Part shown: one piece after another, positions 22,026-33,919 of the stretch
How positions within the stretch are numbered: the first letter of the stretch is position 1
How the letters are laid out: every line of letters begins with the position of its first letter
From: Pseudomonadota bacterium
Lineage (GTDB): Bacteria; Pseudomonadota; Alphaproteobacteria; Rhizobiales; UBA4765
NCBI GenBank assembly: GCA_041694995.1
Contig: JBGFRS010000028.1
Span: 9,104 to 73,103 of the forward strand
DNA: 64,000 nucleotides
Direction of reading: 5' to 3'
The notes under the pieces: model-generated
The model's input: only the letters and a program-made list of their open reading frames with translations
What the model was told of the DNA's origin: nothing
The model's database searches: none
Translations under genes and position numbers: made by a program

Positions 22026-24971
22026 ATGCGCCAAGACCACCTTCTCACGTCGTTCCTGTACGGCGGGAACGCCGCTTACATCGAACAGCTGCAAGCCCGC
22101 TACGACGCCGACCCGAACTCCGTCGATGCTTCCTGGCAGGAATTCTTCCGCAGCCTTGCCGACAACCCCTCCGACGTTTCGAAGAACGCGCGCGGAGCCG
22201 CTTGGAAGCGGTCCGGCTGGCCGATTGCAGGCAATGGCGAACTCGTCGCCGCGCTCGACGGCCAATGGCCGGAGGTCGAGAAGAAGATCGGCGACAAGCT
22301 TGCCGCAAGAATGGCCAAGGCCGGCGCGCCGCTCGATCCCGCGCAGCTGCAGGCCGCGACCCGCGACTCGATCCGCGCGATCTTCATGATCCGCGCCTAC
22401 CGCGCGCGCGGCCATTTCCATGCCGATCTCGATCCCTTGAAGATCGATCCGCCGAAGCCGGAACCCGAACTCGATCCCGCCTCCTATGGATTCGGTCCGA
22501 GCGATCTCGACCGCCCGATCTTCATCGACAACGTGCTCGGTCTCGAGTTCGCGTCCGTGCGCCAGATGGTCGAGATTCTGCGGCGGACCTATTGCTCGAC
22601 GCTCGGGATCGAGTTCCTGCACATCTCGGAGCAGGATCAGAAATCCTGGCTGCAGGAGCGGATCGAAGGGCCCGACAAGGGCGTGACCTTCACGCGCGAA
22701 GGCAAGCGCGCGATCGTGCGCAAGCTCATCGAGACCGAAGGGTTCGAGAAGTTCCTCGACGTCAAATACACCGCGACGAAGCGTTTTGGCCTCGACGGTG
22801 GCGAGTCGATGATTCCGGCGCTTGAGCAGATCATCAAGCGCGGCGGCAATCTCGGCGTCAAAGAGATCGTCATCGGCATGGCGCATCGCGGGCGGCTGAA
22901 CGTCCTGACCCAGGTGATGTCGAAGCCGCACCGCGCGCTGTTCCACGAGTTCAAGGGCGGCTCCTTCGCGCCGGACGACGTCGAGGGCTCGGGCGACGTG
23001 AAGTACCACCTCGGCGCGTCGTCGGATCGGGAATTCGACGGCAACAAGGTGCATCTGTCGCTCACCCCGAATCCATCGCATCTCGAAATCGTCGATCCGG
23101 TCGTTCTCGGCAAGGTGCGCGCCAAGCAGGATCAGCATGGCTGCACGCCGGAGGATCGCACGGCGGTCCTGCCGCTCCTCATCCACGGCGATGCGGCCTT
23201 CGCCGGCCAAGGCGTGGTCGCGGAGTGTTTCGGGCTGTCCGGCCTCAAGGGTTACCGCACGGGCGGGTCGGTCCACTTCATCGTGAACAACCAGATCGGT
23301 TTCACGACCTATCCGCGCTATTCGCGGTCCTCGCCCTATCCATCCGACGTCGCCAAGATGATCGAAGCGCCGATCTTCCACGTGAACGGCGATGATCCCG
23401 AGGCGGTCGTCTACGCCGCCAAGGTCGCGACCGAGTTCCGCCAGAAGTTCCAGAAGCCGGTCGTCATCGACATGTGGTGCTATCGCCGCTTCGGGCACAA
23501 TGAGACGGACGAGCCGGCGTTCACGCAGCCGCTCATGTACAAGAAGATCCGCAGCCATCCTACAACGCAGCAAATCTACGCCGATCGGCTGGTTGCGGAA
23601 GGCACCGTCACACCGGATGAAATCGAGGCGTGGAAGGCCGAGTGGCGGGCGCATCTCGACGCGGAGTTCGAAGCGGGCCAGGCCTTCAAGCCCAATCGCG
23701 CCGAATGGTATGATGGCAAGTGGGCAGGGCTCGGGCCGGCCGGCGACGTCAACGACGCGCGGCGCGGCAAGACCGGCGTCGATCTGGCGATCCTGCACGA
23801 CATCGGCACGCGCATCACCGAAGTGCCCAAAGGATTCGCCGCCCACAAGACCATCGAGCGCTTCATGGCGAATCGCCGCAAGGTGATCGAGACCGGCGAG
23901 GGTATCGATTGGGCGACCGGCGAAGCGCTCGCCTTCGGCTCCCTCCTGCGCGAGGGCCACGTCGTGCGGCTGTCGGGACAGGACTGCGAACGCGGAACCT
24001 TCTCGCAGCGCCACTCCGTCATCATCGATCAAGACACCGAGGCGCGCTACACGCCGCTGCAAAAGGTGGCGGACAAGCAGGGCCGGTTCGAGGTGATCAA
24101 TTCGATGCTGTCGGAAGAAGCCGTGCTCGGCTTCGACTACGGCTACTCGCTTTCCGAGCCGAACGCGCTCGTGTGCTGGGAAGCGCAGTTCGGGGACTTC
24201 GCGAACGGGGCGCAGGTGCTGTTCGACCAGTTCATTTCATCAGCTGAACGCAAATGGTTGCGTGCCTCCGGGCTCGTCTGCCTGCTGCCGCACGGCTATG
24301 AGGGACAGGGGCCGGAGCACTCCTCCGCGCGCCTCGAGCGCTTCCTGCAAATGTGCGCGGAAGACAACATGCAGGTCGCCAACTGCACGACGCCGGCAAA
24401 CTACTTCCACATCCTGCGGCGCCAATTGAAGCGCGACTTCCGCAAGCCGCTCATCCTGATGACGCCGAAGTCGCTCTTGCGGGCGAAGCGGTGCACCTCG
24501 CGCATCGACGAGTTCGGACCGGACTCGACGTTCCACCGGCTCTTGTGGGACGACGCGCAACTCCTCCCGAACGAGAAGATCAAGCTGAAGGCCGACGCAA
24601 AGATCCGCCGCGTCGTGATGTGCTCGGGCAAGGTTTACTACGACCTCTACGAAGAGCGCGAGAAGCGCGGCGTCGACGACGTCTACCTCCTGCGCATCGA
24701 ACAGCTCTATCCGTTCCCGGTGCGATCGCTCATGGCGGAGCTGCCGCGCTTCAAGAGCGCCGACATGGTGTGGTGCCAGGAAGAGCCGAAGAACATGGGC
24801 GCGTGGAGCTTCGTCGAGCCCTATCTCGAATACGTGCTCGGCCAGGTCGGGGCGAGGAAGAAGCGCGTGCGTTACGCGGGCCGCGCGGCTGCGGCTGCGA
24901 CCGCGACCGGCCTCATGTCGAAGCACACGGCGCAGCTCAACAACCTGCTCGAAGAAGCTCTCGGTGAGTAG
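22026..24971 (+). CDS. sucA: 2-oxoglutarate dehydrogenase E1
   Basis: [39 protein letters not shown]. Confidence 0.98.
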   Translation: MRQDHLLTSFLYGGNAAYIEQLQARYDADPNSVDASWQEFFRSLADNPSDVSKNARGAAWKRSGWPIAGNGELVAALDGQWPEVEKKIGDKLAARMAKAGAPLDPAQLQAATRDSIRAIFMIRAYRARGHFHADLDPLKIDPPKPEPELDPASYGFGPSDLDRPIFIDNVLGLEFASVRQMVEILRRTYCSTLGIEFLHISEQDQKSWLQERIEGPDKGVTFTREGKRAIVRKLIETEGFEKFLDVKYTATKRFGLDGGESMIPALEQIIKRGGNLGVKEIVIGMAHRGRLNVLTQVMSKPHRALFHEFKGGSFAPDDVEGSGDVKYHLGASSDREFDGNKVHLSLTPNPSHLEIVDPVVLGKVRAKQDQHGCTPEDRTAVLPLLIHGDAAFAGQGVVAECFGLSGLKGYRTGGSVHFIVNNQIGFTTYPRYSRSSPYPSDVAKMIEAPIFHVNGDDPEAVVYAAKVATEFRQKFQKPVVIDMWCYRRFGHNETDEPAFTQPLMYKKIRSHPTTQQIYADRLVAEGTVTPDEIEAWKAEWRAHLDAEFEAGQAFKPNRAEWYDGKWAGLGPAGDVNDARRGKTGVDLAILHDIGTRITEVPKGFAAHKTIERFMANRRKVIETGEGIDWATGEALAFGSLLREGHVVRLSGQDCERGTFSQRHSVIIDQDTEARYTPLQKVADKQGRFEVINSMLSEEAVLGFDYGYSLSEPNALVCWEAQFGDFANGAQVLFDQFISSAERKWLRASGLVCLLPHGYEGQGPEHSSARLERFLQMCAEDNMQVANCTTPANYFHILRRQLKRDFRKPLILMTPKSLLRAKRCTSRIDEFGPDSTFHRLLWDDAQLLPNEKIKLKADAKIRRVVMCSGKVYYDLYEEREKRGVDDVYLLRIEQLYPFPVRSLMAELPRFKSADMVWCQEEPKNMGAWSFVEPYLEYVLGQVGARKKRVRYAGRAAAAATATGLMSKHTAQLNNLLEEALGE

Positions 24972-25036
24972 GGGATCGTCTCCTCTCGCCGCCTTTGATC
25001 CCCTTCGCCTCACTAAGCTTTTCCAAGGACGATCCC

Positions 25037-26242
<1,206 letters not shown>

Positions 26243-26249
26243 GGGTTCC

Positions 26250-26717
26250 ATGCCGCCAGCGCTCGACATTCGTGAAGACGATCTCAGCGGAGAGGCGACG
26301 CAGGGCCTCATCCGCTTGCACCTGGCCGGCATGCATGCCTCATCGCCGCCCGGGCATGTCTTCGCGCTCGACCTGTCGGGCTTGAAGCGTCCCGATGTGA
26401 CACTGTGGACGGCGTGGTCTGGTGATCGCGTGGCGGGGATGGGCGCGCTCAAGGCGGTCGGTGATGGCGTTGGTGAAATCAAGTCGATGCGCACGCATCC
26501 CGATTTCGCGCGGCAAGGCGTCGGTGCCGCGCTCCTCGAACACATCATCGCGGTCGCGCGCGGGCGCGGGTATCGGCGCCTTAGCCTCGAAACGGGGAGC
26601 GGCTCGGCATTCGACGCCGCGCTCGCGCTCTACCGCAAGCGCGGTTTCGTGGACGGCGCGGCCTTCGGCGATTATGTGAAAAGCGACTTCAATCAGTTCC
26701 TCCATCTCGATCTGTAG
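26250..26717 (+). CDS. GNAT family acetyltransferase (YedL-like)
   Basis: GEIKSMRT, RQGVG, LSLETGS. Confidence 0.88.
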   Translation: MPPALDIREDDLSGEATQGLIRLHLAGMHASSPPGHVFALDLSGLKRPDVTLWTAWSGDRVAGMGALKAVGDGVGEIKSMRTHPDFARQGVGAALLEHIIAVARGRGYRRLSLETGSGSAFDAALALYRKRGFVDGAAFGDYVKSDFNQFLHLDL

Positions 26718-26750
26718 CGGCCCTGGCGGCCGCCCTCCCGCGAGCGTCTC

Positions 26751-28166
26751 ATGTCCTATGATCTCGTCGTCATCGGTTCGGGCCCCGGCGGCTATGTCTG
26801 CGCCATTCGCGCCGCGCAACTCGGCCTCAAGGTTGCCTGCGTCGAGAAGCGGCCGACCTATGGCGGCACTTGCCTCAACATCGGCTGCATTCCCTCGAAG
26901 GCGTTGCTGCATGCCTCCGCGCTGTTCGAGGAAGCGGGCCATGGCTTCGCCGACTTCGGCATCGTCGTGCCGAAGCCCAAGCTCGACCTCAAGGCGATGA
27001 TGAAGCACAAGGATGACACGGTCGCGGCCAATGTCAGCGGCGTCGCCTTCCTGTTCAAGAAGAACAGGATCGACGGCATCATCGGCACGGGCCGAATCTT
27101 TGCGCCGGGCCAGGTCGAGGTCACGGCCGCCGACGGCAAGGCGACGACGCTTGAGACCAGGGCGATCGTGATCGCGACTGGCTCCGACGTCGCGACGCTG
27201 CGCGATGCCAAGGGCAACCCCATCGAGATCGACGAGAAGGTTGTCGTCTCGTCGACAGGCGCCCTCGAGCTCGACAAGGTGCCGGGCCACATGGTCGTCG
27301 TCGGCGCCGGCGTCATCGGTCTCGAGATGGGTTCGGTGTGGCGCCGGCTCGGGGCGGATGTGACCGTGATCGAGTATCTCGACCGCTGCCTTGCCGGCAT
27401 GGACGCCGAGGTCGCCAAGCAGTTCCAGCGCATGCTGGAGAAGCAGGGCATGACCATCCACCTCTCCTCGAAGGTGACCGCCGTCGAGAAGGTCAAGAAG
27501 GGTGCCAGGGTGGCGTTCGAACCGGTCGCCGGCGGCGATGGCAAGACGATCGAGGCCGACGTGGTGCTGATCGCGACCGGGCGCGTGCCCTACACGCAGG
27601 GCCTTGGGCTCGAGGCCGTCGGCGTTGCGCTCGACGAGCGCAAGCGCGTCAAGATCGACGCGCATTTCCGGACGAATGTGCCAGGCATCTACGCCATCGG
27701 CGACGTGGTCGCGGGCCCGATGCTCGCGCACAAGGCCGAGGACGAAGGCATGGCCTGCGCCGAGATCATCGCGGGCAAGGCGGGCCATGTGAATTACGGC
27801 GTCATCCCCAACGTCGTGTACACGCATCCCGAGGTCGCCGCGATCGGCAAGACGGAAGAGGAGCTCAAGGCGGCCGGGGTCGCCTATGCCGTCGGTAAAT
27901 TCCCCTTCACGGCGAATGGGCGCGCGCGCGCCAATCGAACGACGGACGGCTTCGTCAAATTCCTCGCGGATAAGGCGACCGACCGGGTTCTCGGCTGTCA
28001 CATTGTTGGCACAGGCGCGGGCGACATGATTCACGAAGTCGCCGTGCTCATGGAGTTCGGCGGCTCGTCGGAGGACTTGGCGCGCACGTGCCACGCCCAC
28101 CCGACGATGTCGGAGGCCGTCCGCGAGGCCGCGCTCGCGGTCGAGAAGCGGGCCATTCACATCTGA
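26751..28166 (+). CDS. lpdA: Dihydrolipoamide dehydrogenase
   Basis: [27 protein letters not shown]. Confidence 0.98.
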   Translation: MSYDLVVIGSGPGGYVCAIRAAQLGLKVACVEKRPTYGGTCLNIGCIPSKALLHASALFEEAGHGFADFGIVVPKPKLDLKAMMKHKDDTVAANVSGVAFLFKKNRIDGIIGTGRIFAPGQVEVTAADGKATTLETRAIVIATGSDVATLRDAKGNPIEIDEKVVVSSTGALELDKVPGHMVVVGAGVIGLEMGSVWRRLGADVTVIEYLDRCLAGMDAEVAKQFQRMLEKQGMTIHLSSKVTAVEKVKKGARVAFEPVAGGDGKTIEADVVLIATGRVPYTQGLGLEAVGVALDERKRVKIDAHFRTNVPGIYAIGDVVAGPMLAHKAEDEGMACAEIIAGKAGHVNYGVIPNVVYTHPEVAAIGKTEEELKAAGVAYAVGKFPFTANGRARANRTTDGFVKFLADKATDRVLGCHIVGTGAGDMIHEVAVLMEFGGSSEDLARTCHAHPTMSEAVREAALAVEKRAIHI

Positions 28167-28228
28167 GCGACGCCACCTGCCGGAAACATGAGGCGGCTAA
28201 GCGCGTAGCGAGCAGAAGGGGGACCAGC

Positions 28229-28489
28229 ATGTCCATGAATCTCGAGAACCTGCCGAAGCTGGACAAGTACGGCGTCGCCGACAAGATCATCCCGTTCGTG
28301 CCGACGCTCGCCCTAATTTATCTCGTGCTGGCGGCGGTCGGCGCGGTATTCGCCTTCCTCGCCTCGTTCTTCACCCTGTCGGTCGCCGGCATGATCGGCT
28401 CGGTCGCAACCCTCGCCATGGCGGCCGTCGGCTATGCCGCGTTGATCATGCTCCACCGCATCTATACGCGCGTCGTCGGCGGAGGCTGA
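28229..28489 (+). CDS. Small two-TM membrane protein, unknown function
   Basis: Two hydrophobic stretches, AAGGGGG SD, host-like codon use. Confidence 0.7.
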   Translation: MSMNLENLPKLDKYGVADKIIPFVPTLALIYLVLAAVGAVFAFLASFFTLSVAGMIGSVATLAMAAVGYAALIMLHRIYTRVVGGG

Positions 28490-28581
28490 GGTCGAGTTCT
28501 CCGCCACCGCGCATTGAAGGGCAGATCACGTTCCTTCACCGCGGGACGCGATGAAGACCTTCCTTGTCAAGGCCCTTGAAC

Positions 28582-29664
28582 TCATCGCCTCGAGGCGTGG
28601 TTCGCGACCGAGGGCGGCACGGGAGGTTTCGCCCGAGGTTTCGCCCGCGCGCGCGGATGGGCTGGCGGATCGATGACCACGACCCGGAAGTGGGCTGGTT
28701 TCGCCCGCGCGCGCGGATGGGCTGCTTCGTAGGCCGCCAACAGGTGGGCCGTATCGACGGCCGTGTAGGCCTGCGTCGTCGACAGCGAGGCGTGGCCCAA
28801 CAATTCCTGGATGGCGCGGAGGTCGCCACCGCGCGCGAGGAGATGCGTCGCGAAGGAGTGCCGCAGGGCGTGCGGCGTGGCCGATGCCGGCAGGTTCAAG
28901 GCGCCGCGCGCGCTCTCGACGGCGCGCTGCACGATGCGCGGCGACAGCGGGCCGCCCTTCTCCCCTACGAAGAGCGGCCCCGCGTCCGGGAGGGGGAACG
29001 GGCAGGCGTCCACATAGGTTCGAAGCGCGGCTTGCACGGCCGGGATCACCGGCACCATCCGCGTCTTGCCGCCTTTTCCGGTGACCGTTACCGCATCGCT
29101 CGCGAGTGGCGCGGCCGCACGCGAGAGGCTGAGCGCCTCCGCGATGCGCAGACCGCACCCATAGAGCAGCGCCAGCACCGCCGCATCGCGCGCGAGAACC
29201 CAGGCCGGCCGCTCTTCCCCCGCACGATACTTTTGCGCGACGAGATCGCGCGCGGACGGCACGGCGATCGGACGCGGAAGCCGCCTCGGCACCTTCGGCG
29301 CACGCAGGAGGCCGACGGCTGGAATGTCTCCGCGGCCGGACTTCACCAGAAAGCGGGCAAAGGCGCGCAGCGTCGAATGGGCGACCGCCAACGTGCGTGG
29401 GGCAGCGCCGCCCTCCCGGCGTGTTGCCAGGAAGCCGCGCAGGTCGCCAGGCGTGGCCGCGCGGAGATCGGCGAGCGCCGGCGGGCCACCGACGTGATGC
29501 GCGAAGAAGACGAGGAACTGGGACAGCGTGCGGCCGTACATCTCGAGCGTTTTCGCCGCGAGCCGTCGTTCGCTGCCGAGATGCGCGAGCCAATCCTCGG
29601 CCGCCGCGCGCGTGTCGTGCGCCACGGGCAGGTCGATGGGAAAGGAGAATGGTGGCACGGGCAT
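28582..29664 (-). CDS. xerC: Tyrosine recombinase XerC with repeat-derived C-terminal extension
   Basis: YGCGLRIAE, GKGGKTR, HALRHSFATH, LGH, TQAY; follows lpdA as in rhizobia. Confidence 0.92.
   Translation of the reverse strand: MPVPPFSFPIDLPVAHDTRAAAEDWLAHLGSERRLAAKTLEMYGRTLSQFLVFFAHHVGGPPALADLRAATPGDLRGFLATRREGGAAPRTLAVAHSTLRAFARFLVKSGRGDIPAVGLLRAPKVPRRLPRPIAVPSARDLVAQKYRAGEERPAWVLARDAAVLALLYGCGLRIAEALSLSRAAAPLASDAVTVTGKGGKTRMVPVIPAVQAALRTYVDACPFPLPDAGPLFVGEKGGPLSPRIVQRAVESARGALNLPASATPHALRHSFATHLLARGGDLRAIQELLGHASLSTTQAYTAVDTAHLLAAYEAAHPRARAKPAHFRVVVIDPPAHPRARAKPRAKPPVPPSVANHASRR
28623..28724. repeat. 28-bp direct repeat (60-bp period) plus 12-bp tandem duplication at the xerC 3' end
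   Basis: GGTTTCGCCCGCGCGCGCGGATGGGCTG at 28637-28664 and 28697-28724; GAGGTTTCGCCC twice at 28623-28646. Confidence 0.9.
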
Positions 29665-29709
29665 GCGCGCATCGTGCCGCTTAGGCGTATGCTCGTCGTT
29701 AACGTGACT

Positions 29710-30375
29710 TCACGTCACGAAGCCGCTCGTCCTGAGGAAGCTGTAGGCCTGGACGATGTCGCGGAAGCGGTCCTCCATGGCGCGGTCGCCGCCATTGGCA
29801 TCCGGGTGAAAGCGCTTCACCAGCGCCTTGTAGCGCGCCTTGATCTCCTCCGCGCTCGCCGTGACCTCGAGATCGAGCGTCATGAAGGCCTTGCGCTCGG
29901 CCGCGCGCACGGCTGGTCGCGCGCGCTCCATCTCTGGCGTCTCGCGCGTGCCCACATGCGGCCCGAAGCCCGCCTCGCGGAAGAACTGGAAGGGGTCGGC
30001 GACGCGCGGGCCGCGGAACTCCCCCTCGGCCCACGGGTTCGTCTGACCGTCGGCAGTTCCCGGCGTCCCGTTGCGGCGCCAGGCATTGACGCCCATCGAC
30101 CAGGTCGGACGATGCCCGGTCACGGCGGACTTCTGATAGCTTGAGACGGCGTCGTCCGTCATGCCGGCGAAGTAGTTGTAGCGGGCATTGTACTCGCGCA
30201 CATGCTCGAGGCAGAACCGCCAGTAGGCGCCTTCCTGGTGGCGCCCTTTCGGCGCCCGGAACTCGCCCTTTCCGGCGCAACCCGGATGATCGCAGCGCGG
30301 ACCAGGCGCCGCACACGCGCGATCGCCCTCGGGTTTTACCCGGATGCGGTCGAACAAGGACGAGGCCGGCTTCAT
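29710..30375 (-). CDS. J-domain (DnaJ-class C-terminal J) protein
   Basis: CDHPGC...FCLEHVREYN, GHRPTW, KRFHPDANGG; divergent from bolA. Confidence 0.9.
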   Translation of the reverse strand: MKPASSLFDRIRVKPEGDRACAAPGPRCDHPGCAGKGEFRAPKGRHQEGAYWRFCLEHVREYNARYNYFAGMTDDAVSSYQKSAVTGHRPTWSMGVNAWRRNGTPGTADGQTNPWAEGEFRGPRVADPFQFFREAGFGPHVGTRETPEMERARPAVRAAERKAFMTLDLEVTASAEEIKARYKALVKRFHPDANGGDRAMEDRFRDIVQAYSFLRTSGFVT

Positions 30376-30493
30376 AGGCATGATTATGGGGAGCATGACG
30401 GTGAAGGACAAGCAAACGTCCGCGAAGTTCCGGCAAGACCGTGTTGCGCCGCACCATGTTGACGGATGAGCCATCGGCCGGCATGGTCGGCTC

Positions 30494-30763
30494 ATGTCGA
30501 GAGCCGACCGTATCGAGAGCGCGTTGAAGCGCGCCCTCGCGCCTGACGTGCTTGCCGTCGCGGATGAATCGGAGAACCACCGCGGCCATGCCGGGTACCG
30601 CGACGGGGGCGAGACGCATTACCGCGTGATGATCGTGGCCGAGGCGTTCAGCGGGAAAAACCGCGTCGAGCGGCACCGCTTGGTCAATGCTGCCCTTGCC
30701 GCCGAGTTCGCCACCGGGCTGCACGCCCTGGCGCTCGATCTCCGCGCGCCAGAGGAGAGATGA
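30494..30763 (+). CDS. bolA: BolA family protein
   Basis: HRGHAG, ETHY, RVERHRLV, GLHAL. Confidence 0.93.
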   Translation: MSRADRIESALKRALAPDVLAVADESENHRGHAGYRDGGETHYRVMIVAEAFSGKNRVERHRLVNAALAAEFATGLHALALDLRAPEER

Positions 30764-30764
30764 C

Positions 30765-31169
30765 GTGCGCGTTCCCGTGCTCGCCGCGCTCTCGGTTGCG
30801 CTCGCCGGCTGCGCCGCTCTCGTCTCTGACGGCGGTAATCCAGTCGCATTCGTTACCGACCCGCCCGGCGCAACAGCGCGCACCTCGCTCGGCCAGAGCT
30901 GCACGACGCCGTGCCGCCTGCGCATCTCGCGGCTCGACAGCTTTACCGTCAGGTTCGAAAAGGCCGGCTTCGAACCGCGGACGGTCCAGGTGTTCTCGAT
31001 CGAAGACGTGCCCCGACCCGAAGGCGGTATCCGCGCGACGATCGGGGGCATTGGAGTCCGTGTTGGCATCGCCGACTCAGCGCCGGCGCCGCTCGGGCCG
31101 CCGGTCGGGCGACGTGTGCATACGCCCAATCCGGTCACGGCGACGCTGCTGCCCGTCGCGGCACGATGA
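30765..31169 (+). CDS. Lipoprotein with PEGA-like domain
   Basis: LAGC lipobox, TDPPGA...CTTPC, PNPV; GTG start after AGGAGA. Confidence 0.72.
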   Translation: MRVPVLAALSVALAGCAALVSDGGNPVAFVTDPPGATARTSLGQSCTTPCRLRISRLDSFTVRFEKAGFEPRTVQVFSIEDVPRPEGGIRATIGGIGVRVGIADSAPAPLGPPVGRRVHTPNPVTATLLPVAAR

Positions 31170-31328
31170 GCCCGTACGAGCGACTTCGCCCTCAGCGCAA
31201 CGACATCGGCCCGCGCTGGTTGCTGGCGCGGCCGTGTGCGGCCGTTGGGTGGTGCGCGTCACGTCCTTGCGTCGGCCCGGCCCTGTGGACGCGGATGAGA
31301 ACCTGCTACGATGGGCTTGGATTTGACC

Positions 31329-32657
31329 ATGCTCTTCCTCGAACTTCTGATCGTCATACTTCTTGTCGCCATTAATGGCGGCCTTGCGATGTCCGAGCTT
31401 GCCGTCGTGTCGTCACGTGCGGCCCGGCTCAAGACGTTTGCAGCCCGTGGCGTCAGCGGCGCCGAGGCGGCACTCGCCCTCAACGCGGACCCCGGTCGCT
31501 TCCTGTCGACGGTCCAGATCGGCATCACGCTCGTTGGCATCCTGGCTGGCGCCTTCTCGGGAGCGACGCTGGCGCAGCGCCTTGGCGACGGCATTGAAGC
31601 GCTTGGTGTATCTGCGCGGATCGCGGAGCCGATCGGCTTTGCACTGGTGGTCTCGGTCATCACTTACATCTCGCTAATCGTCGGCGAACTCGTCCCGAAG
31701 CAATTGGCGCTGCGCAACCCCGAACGCGTCGCGTGCATGGTTGCGCCGACCATGTCGTTCATCGCGCGCGTCTCGCGACCGATCGTCGTGTTGCTCAACC
31801 TATCCGGCAAGGCCGTCCTCGCATTGTTTGGGCCTGCGGAGGGGAGTGCCGGGAAGGTGACCGAAGAGGAGATCAGGACACTGGTGGCGGAGGCCGAAAG
31901 CGCCGGCGTGCTGGAACCCGAGGAACGCCGCATGATCTCCGGCGTGCTCAGGCTCGCAGACCGCTCCGTCGGCGGCGTGATGACGCCACGGCTCGACATC
32001 GAGATGATCGATCTGTCGGCGAGCGTCGACGAGGTGCGCAAGGCGATCGCGACGAGCCAGCATTCGCGCCTGCCCGCGCATCACGGCTCGCCGAACGAAG
32101 TCGTCGGCATCATCCAAGCCAAGGACATGCTCGATGCCTATCTCGCCGGGCAAGCGGTCGATCCGAAGGATTTCGTTCGTCCGGCGCCGATCATCCTCGA
32201 GACCACCGATGCGCTCGATGCGGTGCGCATCTTGAGGGAGTCGCCGGTTCATATCGGCCTGGTGTATGACGAGTATGGGCACTTCCAAGGCGTGGTCACG
32301 ACGGCGGACATTCTGGAAGCGATTGCCGGCGCCTTTCAGACGGATGAAGGCGCGGCGCAGCCGCACGCCGTGCAGCGCGCCGACGGGTCGTGGCTCCTTG
32401 AAGGCGCGATGCCGGCCGACGAGATGGCCGAAATCCTCGCGATCGACTTGCCCCCCATGCGCCACTACCACACTGCCGCCGGCTTCGCCCTCGACGCGCT
32501 CGGTCGCCTGCCGCAGACCGGGGAGTGCTTCCAGGCGCTCGGCTACCGCTTCGAGGTTGTCGACATGGATGGGCGGCGCATCGACAAGCTCATGGCGAGC
32601 CGCCTGCTGCAGTCACGAGGAGCATCGACGCCCGGCGCGCACTCGCCGTTGGCGTGA
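31329..32657 (+). CDS. HlyC/CorC (CNNM) family transporter, copy 1
   Basis: DUF21 (AMSELA, STVQIGIT, GELVPK), CBS pair (HSRLP, DEYG), CorC domain. Confidence 0.92.
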   Translation: MLFLELLIVILLVAINGGLAMSELAVVSSRAARLKTFAARGVSGAEAALALNADPGRFLSTVQIGITLVGILAGAFSGATLAQRLGDGIEALGVSARIAEPIGFALVVSVITYISLIVGELVPKQLALRNPERVACMVAPTMSFIARVSRPIVVLLNLSGKAVLALFGPAEGSAGKVTEEEIRTLVAEAESAGVLEPEERRMISGVLRLADRSVGGVMTPRLDIEMIDLSASVDEVRKAIATSQHSRLPAHHGSPNEVVGIIQAKDMLDAYLAGQAVDPKDFVRPAPIILETTDALDAVRILRESPVHIGLVYDEYGHFQGVVTTADILEAIAGAFQTDEGAAQPHAVQRADGSWLLEGAMPADEMAEILAIDLPPMRHYHTAAGFALDALGRLPQTGECFQALGYRFEVVDMDGRRIDKLMASRLLQSRGASTPGAHSPLA

Positions 32658-33912
32658 TGCGCAGCCGCGTGATGCGGTTCCTTTCCCGCTTCACGACGGC
32701 GAAGACGAAGCCGTAGAAGGTGAAGCTCTGTCCCGGTTCTGGGATCGAGCGTGCTTCGTGAATGACGAGGCCTGCGACCGTGGTTGCTTCGTCGTCCGGC
32801 AAGTCCCAGTCGAGCGCCCGGTTCACGTCGCGGATGGGCACATGTCCGTCGACCATGACCGACCCGTCACCCTGGATGCGGACGCCCGCGAGTTCGACGT
32901 CGGTCTCGTCGGCGATGTCCCCGACGATCTCCTCGATGATGTCCTCGAGTGTGACGAGTCCCATCATCTCGCCGTACTCGTCGACCACCAGCGCGGCGTG
33001 CGCCTTGCGCCGCCGGAACGCCGCCAGCTGGTCTTCCAACGACGTCGTACCCGGCACGAACCAGGGCGCGGTGAGAAGGTCGTCGAGGACAAGCCGCTTC
33101 GTGTCGTTGCCGGCCGCCTGCAGCGCGCGGAACAGCGCCCGCATGTGCAGAATACCAACGACATTGTCCGGCGTATCGCGAAAGACGGGCAGGCGCGTGT
33201 AGGGGCTCTCCAGCACGGCGGCGGCGATCTCGTGCATCGGCGCCGCAGCATCGAGCATCTGCATCTTGGTTCGATGGACCATCACGTCGGCGACCGTCAG
33301 CTCACGCAGGTCGAGGAGACCTCCGAGCATCTGCCGCGCTTCCGGCGCAACCATGCCCTCCTTGGCGAGGATCTCCACCGTGTCGCGCAGTTCCTCGGCA
33401 GCTTCCGGGCGCGTGGTTGTCGGCAGGGAGACGCCCAGGATGCGCATGAGTTGCGAGATCGCCACCTCGACCCCTTTTGCGGCCCGGCCGAGCAGCCGTT
33501 CGATGTGCGGCAGCGCCGGGGCAACGAACAAGGCAACGGCATCGGCGCGGTAGGCGCCGAGGAGTCGCGGCGTCACCTCGACGAAGAGTACGAGCGTGAT
33601 CGCGACGAGGATCGTCGCGACGATCATGTCGACCCCCCAAGCAAGCACGAGGAGAGCGCTGCCGAGAGATGCGGCGACGGCGTTCAGCCCCACACGACCG
33701 AACCGCAGCGCGCCGACGAGCCGTTCGCGCGTGTCGAGATAGCGCGACACGATCGCAGCGCGCGGATTGCCAGTCTCTTCGAGATCGTGAATGCGGCTGC
33801 GCGAGGCGGAGACCAGGGCCGACTGCCCGGCGCACAAGAGGCTCGAGACGAGGAGGCAGACGGGAACGAACACGCTGGCGAGAACGATCTCGACGGTCAT
33901 GAGCATCGACAT
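32590..33912 (-). CDS. HlyC/CorC (CNNM) family transporter, copy 2 (divergent TM domain)
   Basis: YTRLP, VVDEYGE, TLEDIIEEIVGDI, TTVAGLVI; downstream of aroB. Confidence 0.9.
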   Translation of the reverse strand: MSMLMTVEIVLASVFVPVCLLVSSLLCAGQSALVSASRSRIHDLEETGNPRAAIVSRYLDTRERLVGALRFGRVGLNAVAASLGSALLVLAWGVDMIVATILVAITLVLFVEVTPRLLGAYRADAVALFVAPALPHIERLLGRAAKGVEVAISQLMRILGVSLPTTTRPEAAEELRDTVEILAKEGMVAPEARQMLGGLLDLRELTVADVMVHRTKMQMLDAAAPMHEIAAAVLESPYTRLPVFRDTPDNVVGILHMRALFRALQAAGNDTKRLVLDDLLTAPWFVPGTTSLEDQLAAFRRRKAHAALVVDEYGEMMGLVTLEDIIEEIVGDIADETDVELAGVRIQGDGSVMVDGHVPIRDVNRALDWDLPDDEATTVAGLVIHEARSIPEPGQSFTFYGFVFAVVKRERNRITRLRITPTASARRASMLLVTAAGGSP

Positions 33913-33919
33913 CGCCGCC

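Noticed and set aside
28623-28724. CRISPR-like array (28-bp repeat, 32-bp spacer)
   Set aside because: Only two copies, inside the xerC coding frame, with no cas genes or leader.
31166-31375. Possible small ORF MSPYERLR...
   Set aside because: No motif, atypical composition, and it overlaps the corC start.
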